64,000 nucleotides of DNA from the IMG/VR virus record IMGVR_UViG_2663763270_000002. The stretch is one strand, 5' to 3'. The stretch is from an uncultured virus (IMG/VR IMGVR_UViG_2663763270_000002) (taxonomy: Duplodnaviria; Heunggongvirae; Uroviricota; Caudoviricetes). Position 1 is the stretch's first letter. Each line of letters starts with the position of its first letter. Below, one piece after another: positions 1 to 8,695 of this stretch. Under the pieces are notes generated by a model. The model saw only the letters and a list, made by a program, of their open reading frames with translations. It did not search any database and had not been told where the DNA came from. Both the position numbers and the translations under genes were made by a program.

Positions 1-595
1 CCAGCGCGGTATTCAGGAATCGGACACAGCGACGATCAGGCCCTAGTTTGAACGATGGCTTGATCATGCAGGACCCGACATAGGTCCCGTTTACCCAAAT
101 CCGAACCCACTCGTCCCGCTCGCACCACACCCGCAGCCAGACGTTCCCACTGCCACCGAACGGCACCGGGGACGCCCATGTCGCGGCGTCACCATCCCAG
201 GACATGACGTTTTGGAAGTGGCTGACCATCACTTGATTACCGCCAGCGGCAGGCGCGTACATCAACCGAACGCCGACCACGTTCTGAAAGGACGCGCCGA
301 TCCGCGACCATGAATCGGTGAAGTACGTTGAGAAGCCCTGAGAGGCCAGCCCCTCTACGGGCCAATAGATTTCAAAGTCCAGGCCCCAATTCGGGGTGAA
401 GGGCTGCCACTGGTACGACGGGCCTCCGCCGTTGACGGTGAGAAAGTTGCCGTTGACGAGTAGAGAGCTACCGGTGAAAGCGCTTGCTCCATCGCCCAGG
501 TGGACCCAGGGCCGCTGCAACGGCCCTGGTAGATAGTCGAACTCGTCCCGCCAACCTGCCCACGCTAGGGGCAGGTTGCGCCTTAGAAGAAACAC
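1..595 (-). CDS. Minor tail protein of the second phage (partial, runs off the window)
   Basis: Manual translation from GTG 595 (MFLLRRNLPLAWAGWRDEFD...) is open to position 1; Trp/Gly-rich beta-type composition; follows a lysis cassette. Confidence 0.6.
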   Translation of the reverse strand, partial: MFLLRRNLPLAWAGWRDEFDYLPGPLQRPWVHLGDGASAFTGSSLLVNGNFLTVNGGGPSYQWQPFTPNWGLDFEIYWPVEGLASQGFSTYFTDSWSRIGASFQNVVGVRLMYAPAAGGNQVMVSHFQNVMSWDGDAATWASPVPFGGSGNVWLRVWCERDEWVRIWVNGTYVGSCMIKPSFKLGPDRRCVRFLNTAL

Positions 596-596
596 G

Positions 597-896
597 TCAC
601 GGCTCCACTAGTCCGCTGACCGTGGCATCCGGGAACGTCACGAGGATGTCCCTCATGCTGTCGAGCATCTGACGCACCTGCCGGAGCCCTAGGCCCTCTA
701 GGTGCTGCCGGTAGCGGTCCGGGTCGGCTTGTAGTTTCGCCTTTGCGTCATCAATGCACGGGATGACGACGGCGGCAGTGTCCATGTCGAACACTCGCCC
801 ATCGAAAAGATCATTGATGATCGGCTCGAACTGGGGAGGGATGCGGATATGGTCCGCCATCACTCCGCCGTTGGAGATGATTTCAAACTCTTTCAT
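597..896 (-). CDS. Hypothetical phage protein
   Basis: ORF tightly coupled to neighbours; same position as 14019..14462 in the main phage. Confidence 0.6.
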   Translation of the reverse strand: MKEFEIISNGGVMADHIRIPPQFEPIINDLFDGRVFDMDTAAVVIPCIDDAKAKLQADPDRYRQHLEGLGLRQVRQMLDSMRDILVTFPDATVSGLVEP

Positions 897-1588
897 GCCA
901 CCTCTGAAGGCTCTTGGATATTCGGGTCGTACAGGACGCCGAAGACCAGAATTTGCAGGACTACCGGAGCGACAGAACCGGTAACCGAAGTGACGTTTAC
1001 GTATAGTCGCTCGCGGTTGGACACTTCGTGTCCACCGAGAATCTGCCAGTTCGCGCGGGTTTGATTCGCAGTCAGCGTGTACGTCTCGACCACGGAATTA
1101 ACGGTTCCGGCAGCATTCCACTTCTTCAGCTCGAACGTCATACCGTTCGGCTGCGACAGCAAGGCGACGTGAATATCTGTCACTTTCCGCTTCAGTCCAG
1201 CGGGTACGTTCTGACAGAGGCCGATCAGTAGCTCATTCTCGCCCAGCACTACGGCGGCAGATGCCGCAACGAATTCAGCTTCCCAGTATGAGGCTGCGTT
1301 GTAGGCGGTGGCGGCGGTAGCTTCAGCCGCAGCGGCAGCGTTGACCGCTGCCTGAGCTTCGGTAACGGCCTGTCCGGCGGCCCCGGAAGCCGCCTGTGCG
1401 ATGGAATACGTATTGTCAATACGTTCCCGGACATTGGTCCGGTGCTCGTCTTGGGCCTTGATCGCCTTTGTCTTGGCACCGTTGGTGACGATGCCCAGTA
1501 CGGCATCCTCTTCGATCCCTTGGCCGTACCGGCCACTGTCCCCCAATTGCCACGCGCCATCGGGCTTAGGGCCTACGGGGTAACTCAC
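893..1588 (-). CDS. Minor tail protein
   Basis: N-terminus (PDG..LG..ED..GAK..KAQ..H) resembles 14462..15319; Ala-rich coil followed by a beta domain. Confidence 0.65.
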   Translation of the reverse strand: MSYPVGPKPDGAWQLGDSGRYGQGIEEDAVLGIVTNGAKTKAIKAQDEHRTNVRERIDNTYSIAQAASGAAGQAVTEAQAAVNAAAAAEATAATAYNAASYWEAEFVAASAAVVLGENELLIGLCQNVPAGLKRKVTDIHVALLSQPNGMTFELKKWNAAGTVNSVVETYTLTANQTRANWQILGGHEVSNRERLYVNVTSVTGSVAPVVLQILVFGVLYDPNIQEPSEVA

Positions 1589-1918
1589 CTAGATCCCCTT
1601 CGGTCGTTCCAACTCTCGTAGACGACCGTGCGTGTCTCGAAGGTGCTCGCGAATACTCGCCATGTCCTTGCGGTACTCGTCTCGGAAGTCTCGATGCTCA
1701 TCCCGGAAATCCCGGAACTCATCTCGAATCGCGTCCAGGTCGTCCCGAAGATTTGTGTCGTGCGTATTCGCTACCTGCTCGTGAACTTCGGTGATTGTCT
1801 GCTTCTGCTCTTCCTGGGAGGCCCGGAGGCCGCGCGTCTGAAGCCATTGCGATACGACGTAGGCAACGATCATCAGCGCGGCCAGCCAGCCAGGAGCGCC
1901 AGCGGGAATGTCGATCAA
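1589..1918 (-). CDS. Lysis-cassette membrane protein (DUF2746-like)
   Basis: N-terminal TM helix, QVANTHDTNLRDDLD motif, coiled coil. Confidence 0.7.
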   Translation of the reverse strand: MIDIPAGAPGWLAALMIVAYVVSQWLQTRGLRASQEEQKQTITEVHEQVANTHDTNLRDDLDAIRDEFRDFRDEHRDFRDEYRKDMASIREHLRDTHGRLRELERPKGI

Positions 1919-1921
1919 ACG

Positions 1922-2188
1922 TCACTCCCGAATTTGGAAAGCGCCGACCGTAGCGCCCGGACCATCCTCCGCCGGGGAGGCGGCAGGGGCGTTGTCGGCA
2001 CTATCCGACCGGTTCACGTTGAAAGCGGCCAGCATGGCAATCAGAGTGCCGATAGCAGGTCCGACCGCGTTCATGATGGTGTCGGACTGGTCGGCGGTAA
2101 TGACGCCCAGGAGCATAAGCACACCACACGCAACACCAGCGACGCTGTAGATCACCAGGCGGATAGCCGAATTCTTCTCGTACATCAC
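1922..2188 (-). CDS. Holin
   Basis: 88 aa, two TM helices, directly after the endolysin. Confidence 0.75.
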   Translation of the reverse strand: MMYEKNSAIRLVIYSVAGVACGVLMLLGVITADQSDTIMNAVGPAIGTLIAMLAAFNVNRSDSADNAPAASPAEDGPGATVGAFQIRE

Positions 2189-3006
2189 TAGGCCGCCTTC
2201 ATATCCTTGGTTCCGGGAACTTCGAGCTTCGCGGCAATGGCCGCTTGGAGGTCGTAGGCAGACCGATTTCCGCCTTGTGCGAATCCGTCGAACTTCGCAG
2301 CCTTACCGTCTCGAATGGCCTCTGCGACGCCAGCACCGCTGAGTTGATCCAGGGCAGCCATAAGCATTCGTTCCATACGAACCAAGCGGAAGTCAATCCA
2401 CTTAATCATGTCCTCACGGCTGACCTTCTGGCCCTCCTTGTTTTCGATAATTTCGCCCCAGCTCAATTCATCCTCACTTTCGCCAGTACCGGCGTACTTG
2501 TTCACGTAGGTGGTGAAAACGTCCCAGGGGAATCCGTCGCCTACGTCTGTATGGGTCCCGATACCTAGAACCCGGGTCACGTATCGGTGATCGGAAATGC
2601 CCGGCGCTCGCCTATAGGGCGGCGCGATAACGTCTGTTGGGATGCCGTATTTCCGGCAATCTTGGACGGCTAGGTACGCGGCAATCTCGATATCGCGTTC
2701 CCGCATGAGCCATTCAGCACGCGACCAGCTTGCACGCGACCCGGCAAAACACAGATTGATGGTGTACGCGTTCGCATCCAAGACGGACCACGACGCGTAG
2801 TCGGTATCCACTACGTCACACACAATGCCGTCGCGGACCGTGTAGTGGTATGAGACTCCGTTGCTTCCATCACAGTATCGGGCGAGCGCTTCAGCACTCG
2901 AGTTTCCTTCCTCGGTGTGAAGAAGGAAGTTGACCGGTGGGCGGGTGCGATTACTCCGCCCTCCGCCCGTCATTCGGTCGATTTCGGTAAATGCAGGCTT
3001 GGACAT
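2188..3006 (-). CDS. Endolysin, N-acetylmuramoyl-L-alanine amidase (second phage)
   Basis: LHTEEG, SYHY, HTDVG amidase_2 motifs; paralog of 16090..17160. Confidence 0.88.
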   Translation of the reverse strand: MSKPAFTEIDRMTGGGRSNRTRPPVNFLLHTEEGNSSAEALARYCDGSNGVSYHYTVRDGIVCDVVDTDYASWSVLDANAYTINLCFAGSRASWSRAEWLMRERDIEIAAYLAVQDCRKYGIPTDVIAPPYRRAPGISDHRYVTRVLGIGTHTDVGDGFPWDVFTTYVNKYAGTGESEDELSWGEIIENKEGQKVSREDMIKWIDFRLVRMERMLMAALDQLSGAGVAEAIRDGKAAKFDGFAQGGNRSAYDLQAAIAAKLEVPGTKDMKAA

Positions 3007-3034
3007 AGGCAACCTTTTTTCGGCGGGCACAAAG

Positions 3035-3734
3035 CCTCTCCACCGTCACCAGCCGGTCGTCGAACATGACGAAATTCGTAGTCTGCATCGGAATCTCAGC
3101 CGTCGCCGGGACGATACCGGAGGATCAAGCGCGGCAGACTCGACACCGCCACCAGCCGGTCCATCTGCCCCGCCATCACATCCACACTGCCCACCGTCGT
3201 CCACAACGCCTGCTCAGCGATCAAGATGTGGAAGCGGCGATCCCCCCGATACAAGAACTGTTGGCGCTCCATCCGCCGCGCCACGCCCTCCTCCACGTCG
3301 TCGACGGGCAGGCGGTGGCGGGCGGCCGAGAATTCGAGCGTCGCGCGCGCATACTCCGACGTTTGCAGAATCCCCGGGATCACCTGGGTCTGGAAGATCC
3401 GCGTGTGCTTGGTCTCCTCGGCCAGCCGCACCAGCTGGGCTTGACTACGCCCTTGCCCGCGGGCGAGCAGGCGCCGCATCTCCATGTAGGCGCCGTCGAG
3501 GTTGTGGAGGGTGGCGAGAAGGTCTTCGATTTGGTCGAGTGCGCCAGCGTGCAGGCAGTAGGCGCGGATGTCGTCGTCGGAGGGGCGCAGCTTCCCGTAC
3601 TCGATCTTGGAGACCTTGGATTCATGCCATCCGGCGAGAGCGGCCATGCCGCGGCCGGACAGTCCTGCGCGGCGCCGCATTTCACGGAGGCGCCGTCCCA
3701 GCGCCTCGCGAGCCTCGTGCGGATTGGTGGTCAA
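3035..3734 (-). pseudogene. XRE HTH + DUF5753-type regulator, frameshifted and 3'-truncated
   Basis: LGRRLREMRRRAGLS..SKVSKIEYG HTH; VIPGILQTSEYARA; +1 shift near 3120; homology appears to stop after FDDRLVTVE. Confidence 0.75.
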
Positions 3735-4246
3735 TGGCCCAGATAGTCGCGGTACGGGGTGGCGGTAGACCACAGGCGGTCGCGGATGCCGCGGCAGTAG
3801 GCGGCGATGTGCGGGTCGCTGGTGATCGCGAGCCCCGCGGGGCGGCCGTCTGAGGTGACGAGATTGAAGCCGACCCGGGTGTCGTCGAACAGCCACCAGT
3901 CGTCGGGTGGGATGTCGCCTGCGAGGGTGGCGCGGGAGATAGCGGATGTCTTCGCCGGCGTCGACGTTGCTGCCGGTGATGGAAGTAGCCAGCGGTGGTA
4001 GTCGGTGTGGGGGACGGTGACGACCCGGACCCGGCTGACATGGACGCCGCGGCTGGTGGTTTCGCGCATGAATCGGGTCCAGGGGCGGTCGCTGTAGTCG
4101 TCTGGGTCGGGGTCGCCGTCGAGGAAGCGTCGGAAGGCTTCGGATTCGGTGGGGGTGGTGTAGCTGTCGCGGACTTCTAGATGGAAAGCCGTGTGTCGGC
4201 ATTCCCGGAAAGGGTCATCGGCTTCGTCTCCGGTCAACAGCAGCAC
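3731..4246 (-). CDS. DUF6879-family protein with two compensating frameshifts
   Basis: AFHLEVRDSY, SRVRVV, DWWLFDD motifs; expected NVDAGEDIRYLPR segment lies in another frame. Confidence 0.7.
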   Translation of the reverse strand: MLLLTGDEADDPFRECRHTAFHLEVRDSYTTPTESEAFRRFLDGDPDPDDYSDRPWTRFMRETTSRGVHVSRVRVVTVPHTDYHRWLLPSPAATSTPAKTSAISRATLAGDIPPDDWWLFDDTRVGFNLVTSDGRPAGLAITSDPHIAAYCRGIRDRLWSTATPYRDYLGH

Positions 4247-4557
4247 CGTAGAACGTCCTCTCTAGCTTCGGCACCTCGATCGCGGTCTCGTCCGCCGCCA
4301 ACGTCAGCTGTCCCAGTGTCTCAGCGTCGGTGATCGGTCGGCCGGACAGCGTGAAAGTACCGCGCCCGGTGTCGGTCATGGTCGCACCAATGTAGGTGTC
4401 GTGTTCGGCGAACCCGGGGGAGGGAGGTGGGGGATTTCGACGACACCGGCAGTGTCGGTGATCCAGCCTTGGACGAGGTAGGTGCCGCGGTCGGTGGCGT
4501 AGAGGGTGGGCAGTCGCGGTCGGAGGAGCCGCCTTTGCCGAGGAAGGTGAGGAGCAT
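4215..4557 (-). pseudogene. Small protein accompanying the DUF6879/XRE module, frameshifted
   Basis: MLLTFLGKGGSS..CP / TLYATDRGTYLVQGW / ETAIEVP segments split across frames. Confidence 0.65.
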
Positions 4558-4621
4558 GTTTGTTCTCCTGGAGGGGTGGGGGTGGGTTTGCGGACCGTGT
4601 TATTCCATCACCAGGGTTGTC

Positions 4622-4665
4622 GCAAGTTCTTGCTAGATTGTCTCGAAGTGGTGCAAGTTTTTGCA
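4622..4665. promoter_or_regulatory. Two palindromic operator-like sites GCAAGTTYTTGC
   Basis: gcaagttcttgc 4622-4633 and gcaagtttttgc 4653-4664 in the divergent intergenic region. Confidence 0.55.
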
Positions 4666-4814
4666 AGATCCTGGTGTGCTGGTGCACGCGCTCCCTAACC
4701 TCGCAGGTGGGGCGCCCGAGGTCAGCAGGTCAGGCATCCACTGTGGAGGGCCGGCTTTCGCTGTTCCACAGCCTCGGGCGTCCCTCTTTCTTTGTTCTCT
4801 ACACGTGAATCCAG

Positions 4815-5090
4815 GTGGTGGGCGTGCACATCAACGAGGCGCGCGTCATGGCGGTCCTGCACTCGGTCGGTCCATTGAGTGTGCGGGAGATTGCCGAGAA
4901 GACGCGGTTGAGCGTATCGACGGTGCGGAGGTCGGTGCAGGCGTTGACCTGCCGAGGGTTGACGGCTGCCGCACCGGCGGAGGTGCCGCGGGCGTGGCAG
5001 GTCACTCGCCGCGGCCGGGGCTGGGCTGAGACCCGACGTGGCCGTGCCGTGTTGGATGTGCCGCCGATACAGACGGGAGTTGCGTCATGA
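4815..5090 (+). CDS. Winged-HTH DNA-binding protein
   Basis: LSVREIAEKTRLSVSTVRRSVQALTCRGL..WQVTRRG. Confidence 0.7.
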   Translation: MVGVHINEARVMAVLHSVGPLSVREIAEKTRLSVSTVRRSVQALTCRGLTAAAPAEVPRAWQVTRRGRGWAETRRGRAVLDVPPIQTGVAS

Positions 5091-5287
5091 GTTGGGACGC
5101 CGCGCTTTTGGACAGGATCGCTTGCGGTAACGGCTTGTGGGCGGCGACGAGTGTTGCTGCTGCTCATCATGCGATGCAGGTGCACCTGGATTGCGTGGTG
5201 GGTGAGTGCCGGGCAAAGACGGCCGCGCATCGCCTCCTCGTGGAGGAGGGGCTGTTGGTGCCGGATTCGGGGCGGGTCCGGTCGTGA
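5087..5287 (+). CDS. Small His/Cys-containing hypothetical protein
   Basis: AHHAMQVHLDC..CRAK; ATGA overlap with the upstream gene. Confidence 0.6.
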   Translation: MSWDAALLDRIACGNGLWAATSVAAAHHAMQVHLDCVVGECRAKTAAHRLLVEEGLLVPDSGRVRS

Positions 5288-5568
5288 GCGAGGAGCCGGG
5301 GGTCTCGATTCAGCTCGCGGATGGTTCGTGGGGTGTGGTCGACGAGTACGGGTGGATCGATGAAGAGAGCCCGGACGGTTCGCTGCCGGATCGGATTTAT
5401 GAGCGGCTTCGGCATCCGTTGCAGGTGGTTGGCGGTCGACGCGATCGGGAAGGGGGGTGAACGAGTGGTAGAGGTGCTTGGTCCCGGCCCTGACGGGTCG
5501 GCGAACGACAACTGGAACGAGCCCGCGAACGCCGCGGACGACGGTCAGGACTGACCGGTCAAAACAAG

Positions 5569-5611
5569 GTGAAGCGCCCGACCCTGCGGCTATCAGGGTC
5601 GGGCGCTTCAC
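5569..5611. terminator. Bidirectional hairpin terminator
   Basis: gtgaagcgcccgaccctg-7nt-cagggtcgggcgcttcac, perfect 18-bp stem between convergent genes. Confidence 0.8.
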
Positions 5612-5946
5612 TTTGATTCTGGCTCGACACGCTCACGGAGCGCGTACGAGGGGACGAGTTGTTGCCGAAGTCGCAGCGGGCGGCCGTCGGCGTAGTGGAC
5701 GTCGAAGTTGACCAGACCCATCCAGTCGCCTTTGGCGGTGGGGATCCAGCCGTGGAGGAGTCCGGGGACTTCGCCGGACATGTCGATGCCGGCGGTGTTG
5801 TTGCGGATGGGTAGGCCGGGGTTGCGGACCATGATGGCGTCGAGGCGTACCCATACGAGTTTGGGGCGTTCGCGGTGGCCCCAGAGGTCGTTGGTGACGG
5901 CCGGTTCCCACCCTTCTACATGCCCCGTCTCTGGTCTCGAACGCAT
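5608..5946 (-). CDS. Hypothetical protein, probably SOS-regulated
   Basis: 112-aa ORF with a LexA box over its start codon. Confidence 0.65.
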   Translation of the reverse strand: MRSRPETGHVEGWEPAVTNDLWGHRERPKLVWVRLDAIMVRNPGLPIRNNTAGIDMSGEVPGLLHGWIPTAKGDWMGLVNFDVHYADGRPLRLRQQLVPSYALRERVEPESK

Positions 5947-5952
5947 GTTCGA
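5937..5952. promoter_or_regulatory. LexA (SOS) box
   Basis: TCGAACGCATGTTCGA matches the actinobacterial TCGAAC-N4-GTTCGA consensus. Confidence 0.85.
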
Positions 5953-5998
5953 GATGCTACCGCGCGCCAGCTATCAGTCAACCAATATCGACATCCGC

Positions 5999-6399
5999 TT
6001 ACAGAACGAGCGACCCGGCGTGGGCGATCTCCAGCAGCACGTCCGCGTGGCAGGGGATTCGGTTGCCGTGCTCGTCCTCTAGCGGGCACCAGCAGGCCAG
6101 GTCACGCCCACCCAACTCGGCGCGGACATGGGCGAGCGGTTCGCCGCGGCCGAGGTTCTCCAGGTCGAGGCATCTCGGCGTCGTCCGTGCCGGTGCAGAA
6201 GAAGGTTCGCTGCCCCGTTGTCTTGTGCAGGCGGCCTTCGTACTCCCAGTCAGCGGCGACGCCGGGGACACGGATTTGAGTTTGTCCGACGACGAATGGG
6301 TTGCCCCATTTCGTGCCCCGCCCGACGTAGACGGGCGCCCTCCGGCATCTTCCAGCCCTTCGTGCGCTTCCGCTGGATGCGCTTCGGGCTACCGTTCAC
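5999..6399 (-). pseudogene. DUF4326-family protein, frameshifted
   Basis: PKRIQRKRTKGWKMPEGA / VYVGRGTKWGNPF / LGGRDLACWCP..CHADVLLEIA in different frames. Confidence 0.75.
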
Positions 6400-6707
6400 G
6401 CCGCGTCCTCCCCCATCAGATACTTCTCAGCTGCCCGCTCCAACGCCGTGATGTCGGGCGCGGTGTGGAAGGTTGAGGCGAGTTGCTTCAACTCGTTGTT
6501 GCGGAACCCGCCGCCGAAGTGGATGTCTCCGGCGACGACGACGGGGACGGCCTGGTAGCCGAGCATCCGCACCGTGTCGTAGGCGGCAGGGTCGGTGGTG
6601 ATGTCCCGGTAGGTGTAGGGGACACCCAGGGCGTCGAGCCGCTTCGTGGTCATCGCGCAGCCGGGGCACGCGGGCTTGCCGTACACGGTGATCTTTGGGG
6701 CGGTCAT
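6396..6707 (-). CDS. nrdH: NrdH-like glutaredoxin
   Basis: ITVYGKPACPGC..GYQAVPVV. Confidence 0.85.
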   Translation of the reverse strand: MTAPKITVYGKPACPGCAMTTKRLDALGVPYTYRDITTDPAAYDTVRMLGYQAVPVVVAGDIHFGGGFRNNELKQLASTFHTAPDITALERAAEKYLMGEDAA

Positions 6708-7129
6708 TCGGTCTCCTCGATGTCGGTGACAAGTGCGCGCTGCACGTCAGCGACAGCGCGTTTCCACCCGCACGACACCAGGTCGTCGGCGGGATGAACC
6801 TCACAGCGTGGGTGGCCGGACAAGGCGGTGCGTGCGCGGTCGATGACCGCCTCCAGTGCTGCTGTTCGGGCGCTGGCTGCCTCGGCCTCATCGAGCGCGT
6901 CGAGCAGCACCGGCAGGTGGTTGAGCACCCCGGCGATCAGGGCCGCGTCGGCGGACCGCATGTTCGACGCGACCCGCTCCCGCCACCCGTCCTTGCCGGG
7001 GGTGAGGCGGTGCAGGGACTGCATGTTCGCGAAGACGCCGGTGTCGGAGGCCACGGTGAACGGGCCCGGGGTGGCCGCGGCCAGGAGCTGGCGGAGGTCG
7101 GTGGTCAGGTCGCGGATCTGCGCGCTCAT
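6704..7129 (-). CDS. Ead/Ea22-like protein
   Basis: LRQLLAAATPGPF..ADAALIA..LPVLLDALD. Confidence 0.65.
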   Translation of the reverse strand: MSAQIRDLTTDLRQLLAAATPGPFTVASDTGVFANMQSLHRLTPGKDGWRERVASNMRSADAALIAGVLNHLPVLLDALDEAEAASARTAALEAVIDRARTALSGHPRCEVHPADDLVSCGWKRAVADVQRALVTDIEETE

Positions 7130-7293
7130 CTGTCGGCCACCGCCTCGGTGTCGGTGTCGCAGTTCGGGCACGTGCCGTCCGCGTCTCGGGTGCCGGTGCA
7201 CCGCTCGCACACGACCGCGGGGGCGAGGTCGAAGACCTCGCAGGCGCAGCCCTCGCCGGTCCAGTGGTGGCACAGCTCGGCAGCGCACCTCAT
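7126..7293 (-). CDS. Small Cys-rich (zinc ribbon) protein
   Basis: CERC..CPNC; overlaps both neighbours. Confidence 0.55.
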   Translation of the reverse strand: MRCAAELCHHWTGEGCACEVFDLAPAVVCERCTGTRDADGTCPNCDTDTEAVADR

Positions 7294-8222
7294 CGCCCGC
7301 CCTCCTGCTCGGGCGTCCACAGGACGATGACGGGGAGGCTGATCTCACTCGACTGGCTGCGGAGCGGGGTGCCGAACTCCTCCCAGCAGAACGGCGCTCG
7401 CGCCCTGGAGTTGACACACTTGTACCACGCCAGGGAGCGTCCCGCGTCGACGCCGATCTCGCGGACGATCGAGCCGACCGGCAGCGCGTCCAACTCTTCG
7501 GGGTCGGTGATCTCGCGGGCGGGTGGACGCCAGCCAGCGGCGCGCAAGTCCCGCTCGATGTGGACGGCCACTGTGACCGGGGCGGGTAGGCCCTGGCTGA
7601 GGTCCCAGTCGGTGAAGAGATCAGCCAGCGATTGATCGATGGCGCGGTGGAGCACTCGGGGCAGGGCGGCTGGGGTGTCGCGGTCACTCGCCATCGCGGG
7701 CTCGCCATCGCGGGCCTCCGCGGTGGGGATGTGCAGGACCCGCACCGGCATGGCGAGGTCGTAGGTGCCCACCATCCCGGTGGCGGTGATCCACTCGGAG
7801 TGGTAGCCGTCGCCGTCGGTGACGCCGGGGTCGAAGTCCGCGACCTTCAAGGCGGGCACGCCGTCGTCGTCGACGATCTGGGACCCGGGCGGGAGGGCGT
7901 CGACGACGCCCAGGCGGTGCTGAATGGTGCGGGGCTGCTGCGTCTCCAGCTCGGCCGCGCGGGCGCTGGCCTCCTCGGCCTCATCGAGAGCGTCGAGCAG
8001 CACAGGCAAGGCGTTGAGCACCCCACCGATCAGGGCCGCGTCGGCGGACCGCATGTTCGACGCGACCCGCTCGCGCCACCCGTCCTTGCCGGGAGCGAGG
8101 CGGTGCAGGGACTGCATGTTCGCGAAGACGCCGGTGTCGGAGGCCACGGTGAACGGGCCCGGGGTGGCCGCGGCCAGGAGCTGGCGGAGGTCGGTGGTCA
8201 GGTCGCGGATCTGCGCGCTCAT
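7290..8222 (-). CDS. Ead/Ea22-like multi-module protein
   Basis: Same N-terminus as 6704..7129, then two DALPxGS modules, ends VIVLWTPEQEGGR. Confidence 0.7.
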   Translation of the reverse strand: MSAQIRDLTTDLRQLLAAATPGPFTVASDTGVFANMQSLHRLAPGKDGWRERVASNMRSADAALIGGVLNALPVLLDALDEAEEASARAAELETQQPRTIQHRLGVVDALPPGSQIVDDDGVPALKVADFDPGVTDGDGYHSEWITATGMVGTYDLAMPVRVLHIPTAEARDGEPAMASDRDTPAALPRVLHRAIDQSLADLFTDWDLSQGLPAPVTVAVHIERDLRAAGWRPPAREITDPEELDALPVGSIVREIGVDAGRSLAWYKCVNSRARAPFCWEEFGTPLRSQSSEISLPVIVLWTPEQEGGR

Positions 8223-8695
8223 CAGTCGGCCTCCTGCACTGTGCACAGCAGGTGACGCATGCCGCGCGGAAGATCCGACCTGCCCACAGATTCGATCGCC
8301 TCGGCGCAGGTCATCAGCTGGCGGTGATCGCCGTGGACGAACCGGCGGCCCTCGGCCTCGGTGACGATCAGGTAGCCGATCGGCTCCCGCTGTGCCTCCA
8401 GCTCGGCGACGCGGGCGCGCAGCTGTCCGTTGACGTCGAGGTGCCGGATCCGTGCAGCGTTCGCCTCAGACAGCGCCGCCTCCAGCTCGGCCGCGCGGGC
8501 GCGGGCTTCCTCGGCCTCATCGAGAGCGTCGAGCAGCACAGGAAAGTTGTTGCCAGCCCACACCAGCAGGTCGGTGGTGGGTGCGGCGTCCCCCTCCGAG
8601 GACAGGACAACGCGACGTTCACCGCTGTCGAGGACCGCGGCGTAGAGGCGGGCGTAGAGGCGGCGTCCCTCGGCGGTCAGCTGACGGATCTTCAT
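8222..8695 (-). CDS. Ead/Ea22-like coiled-coil protein
   Basis: Shares the PVLLDALDEAEEA..RAAELE linker. Confidence 0.65.
   Translation of the reverse strand: MKIRQLTAEGRRLYARLYAAVLDSGERRVVLSSEGDAAPTTDLLVWAGNNFPVLLDALDEAEEARARAAELEAALSEANAARIRHLDVNGQLRARVAELEAQREPIGYLIVTEAEGRRFVHGDHRQLMTCAEAIESVGRSDLPRGMRHLLCTVQEAD

Larger units (their letters stand above)
6867..8223. repeat. ~264-bp direct repeat (6867-7130 and 7960-8223)
   Basis: Near-identical sequence at a constant 1093-bp offset, encoding the same N-terminal domain. Confidence 0.9.

Noticed and set aside
6867..8223. Template/variable repeat pair of a diversity-generating retroelement
   Set aside because: Differences are not confined to adenines, both copies are gene 5' ends, and no RT is present
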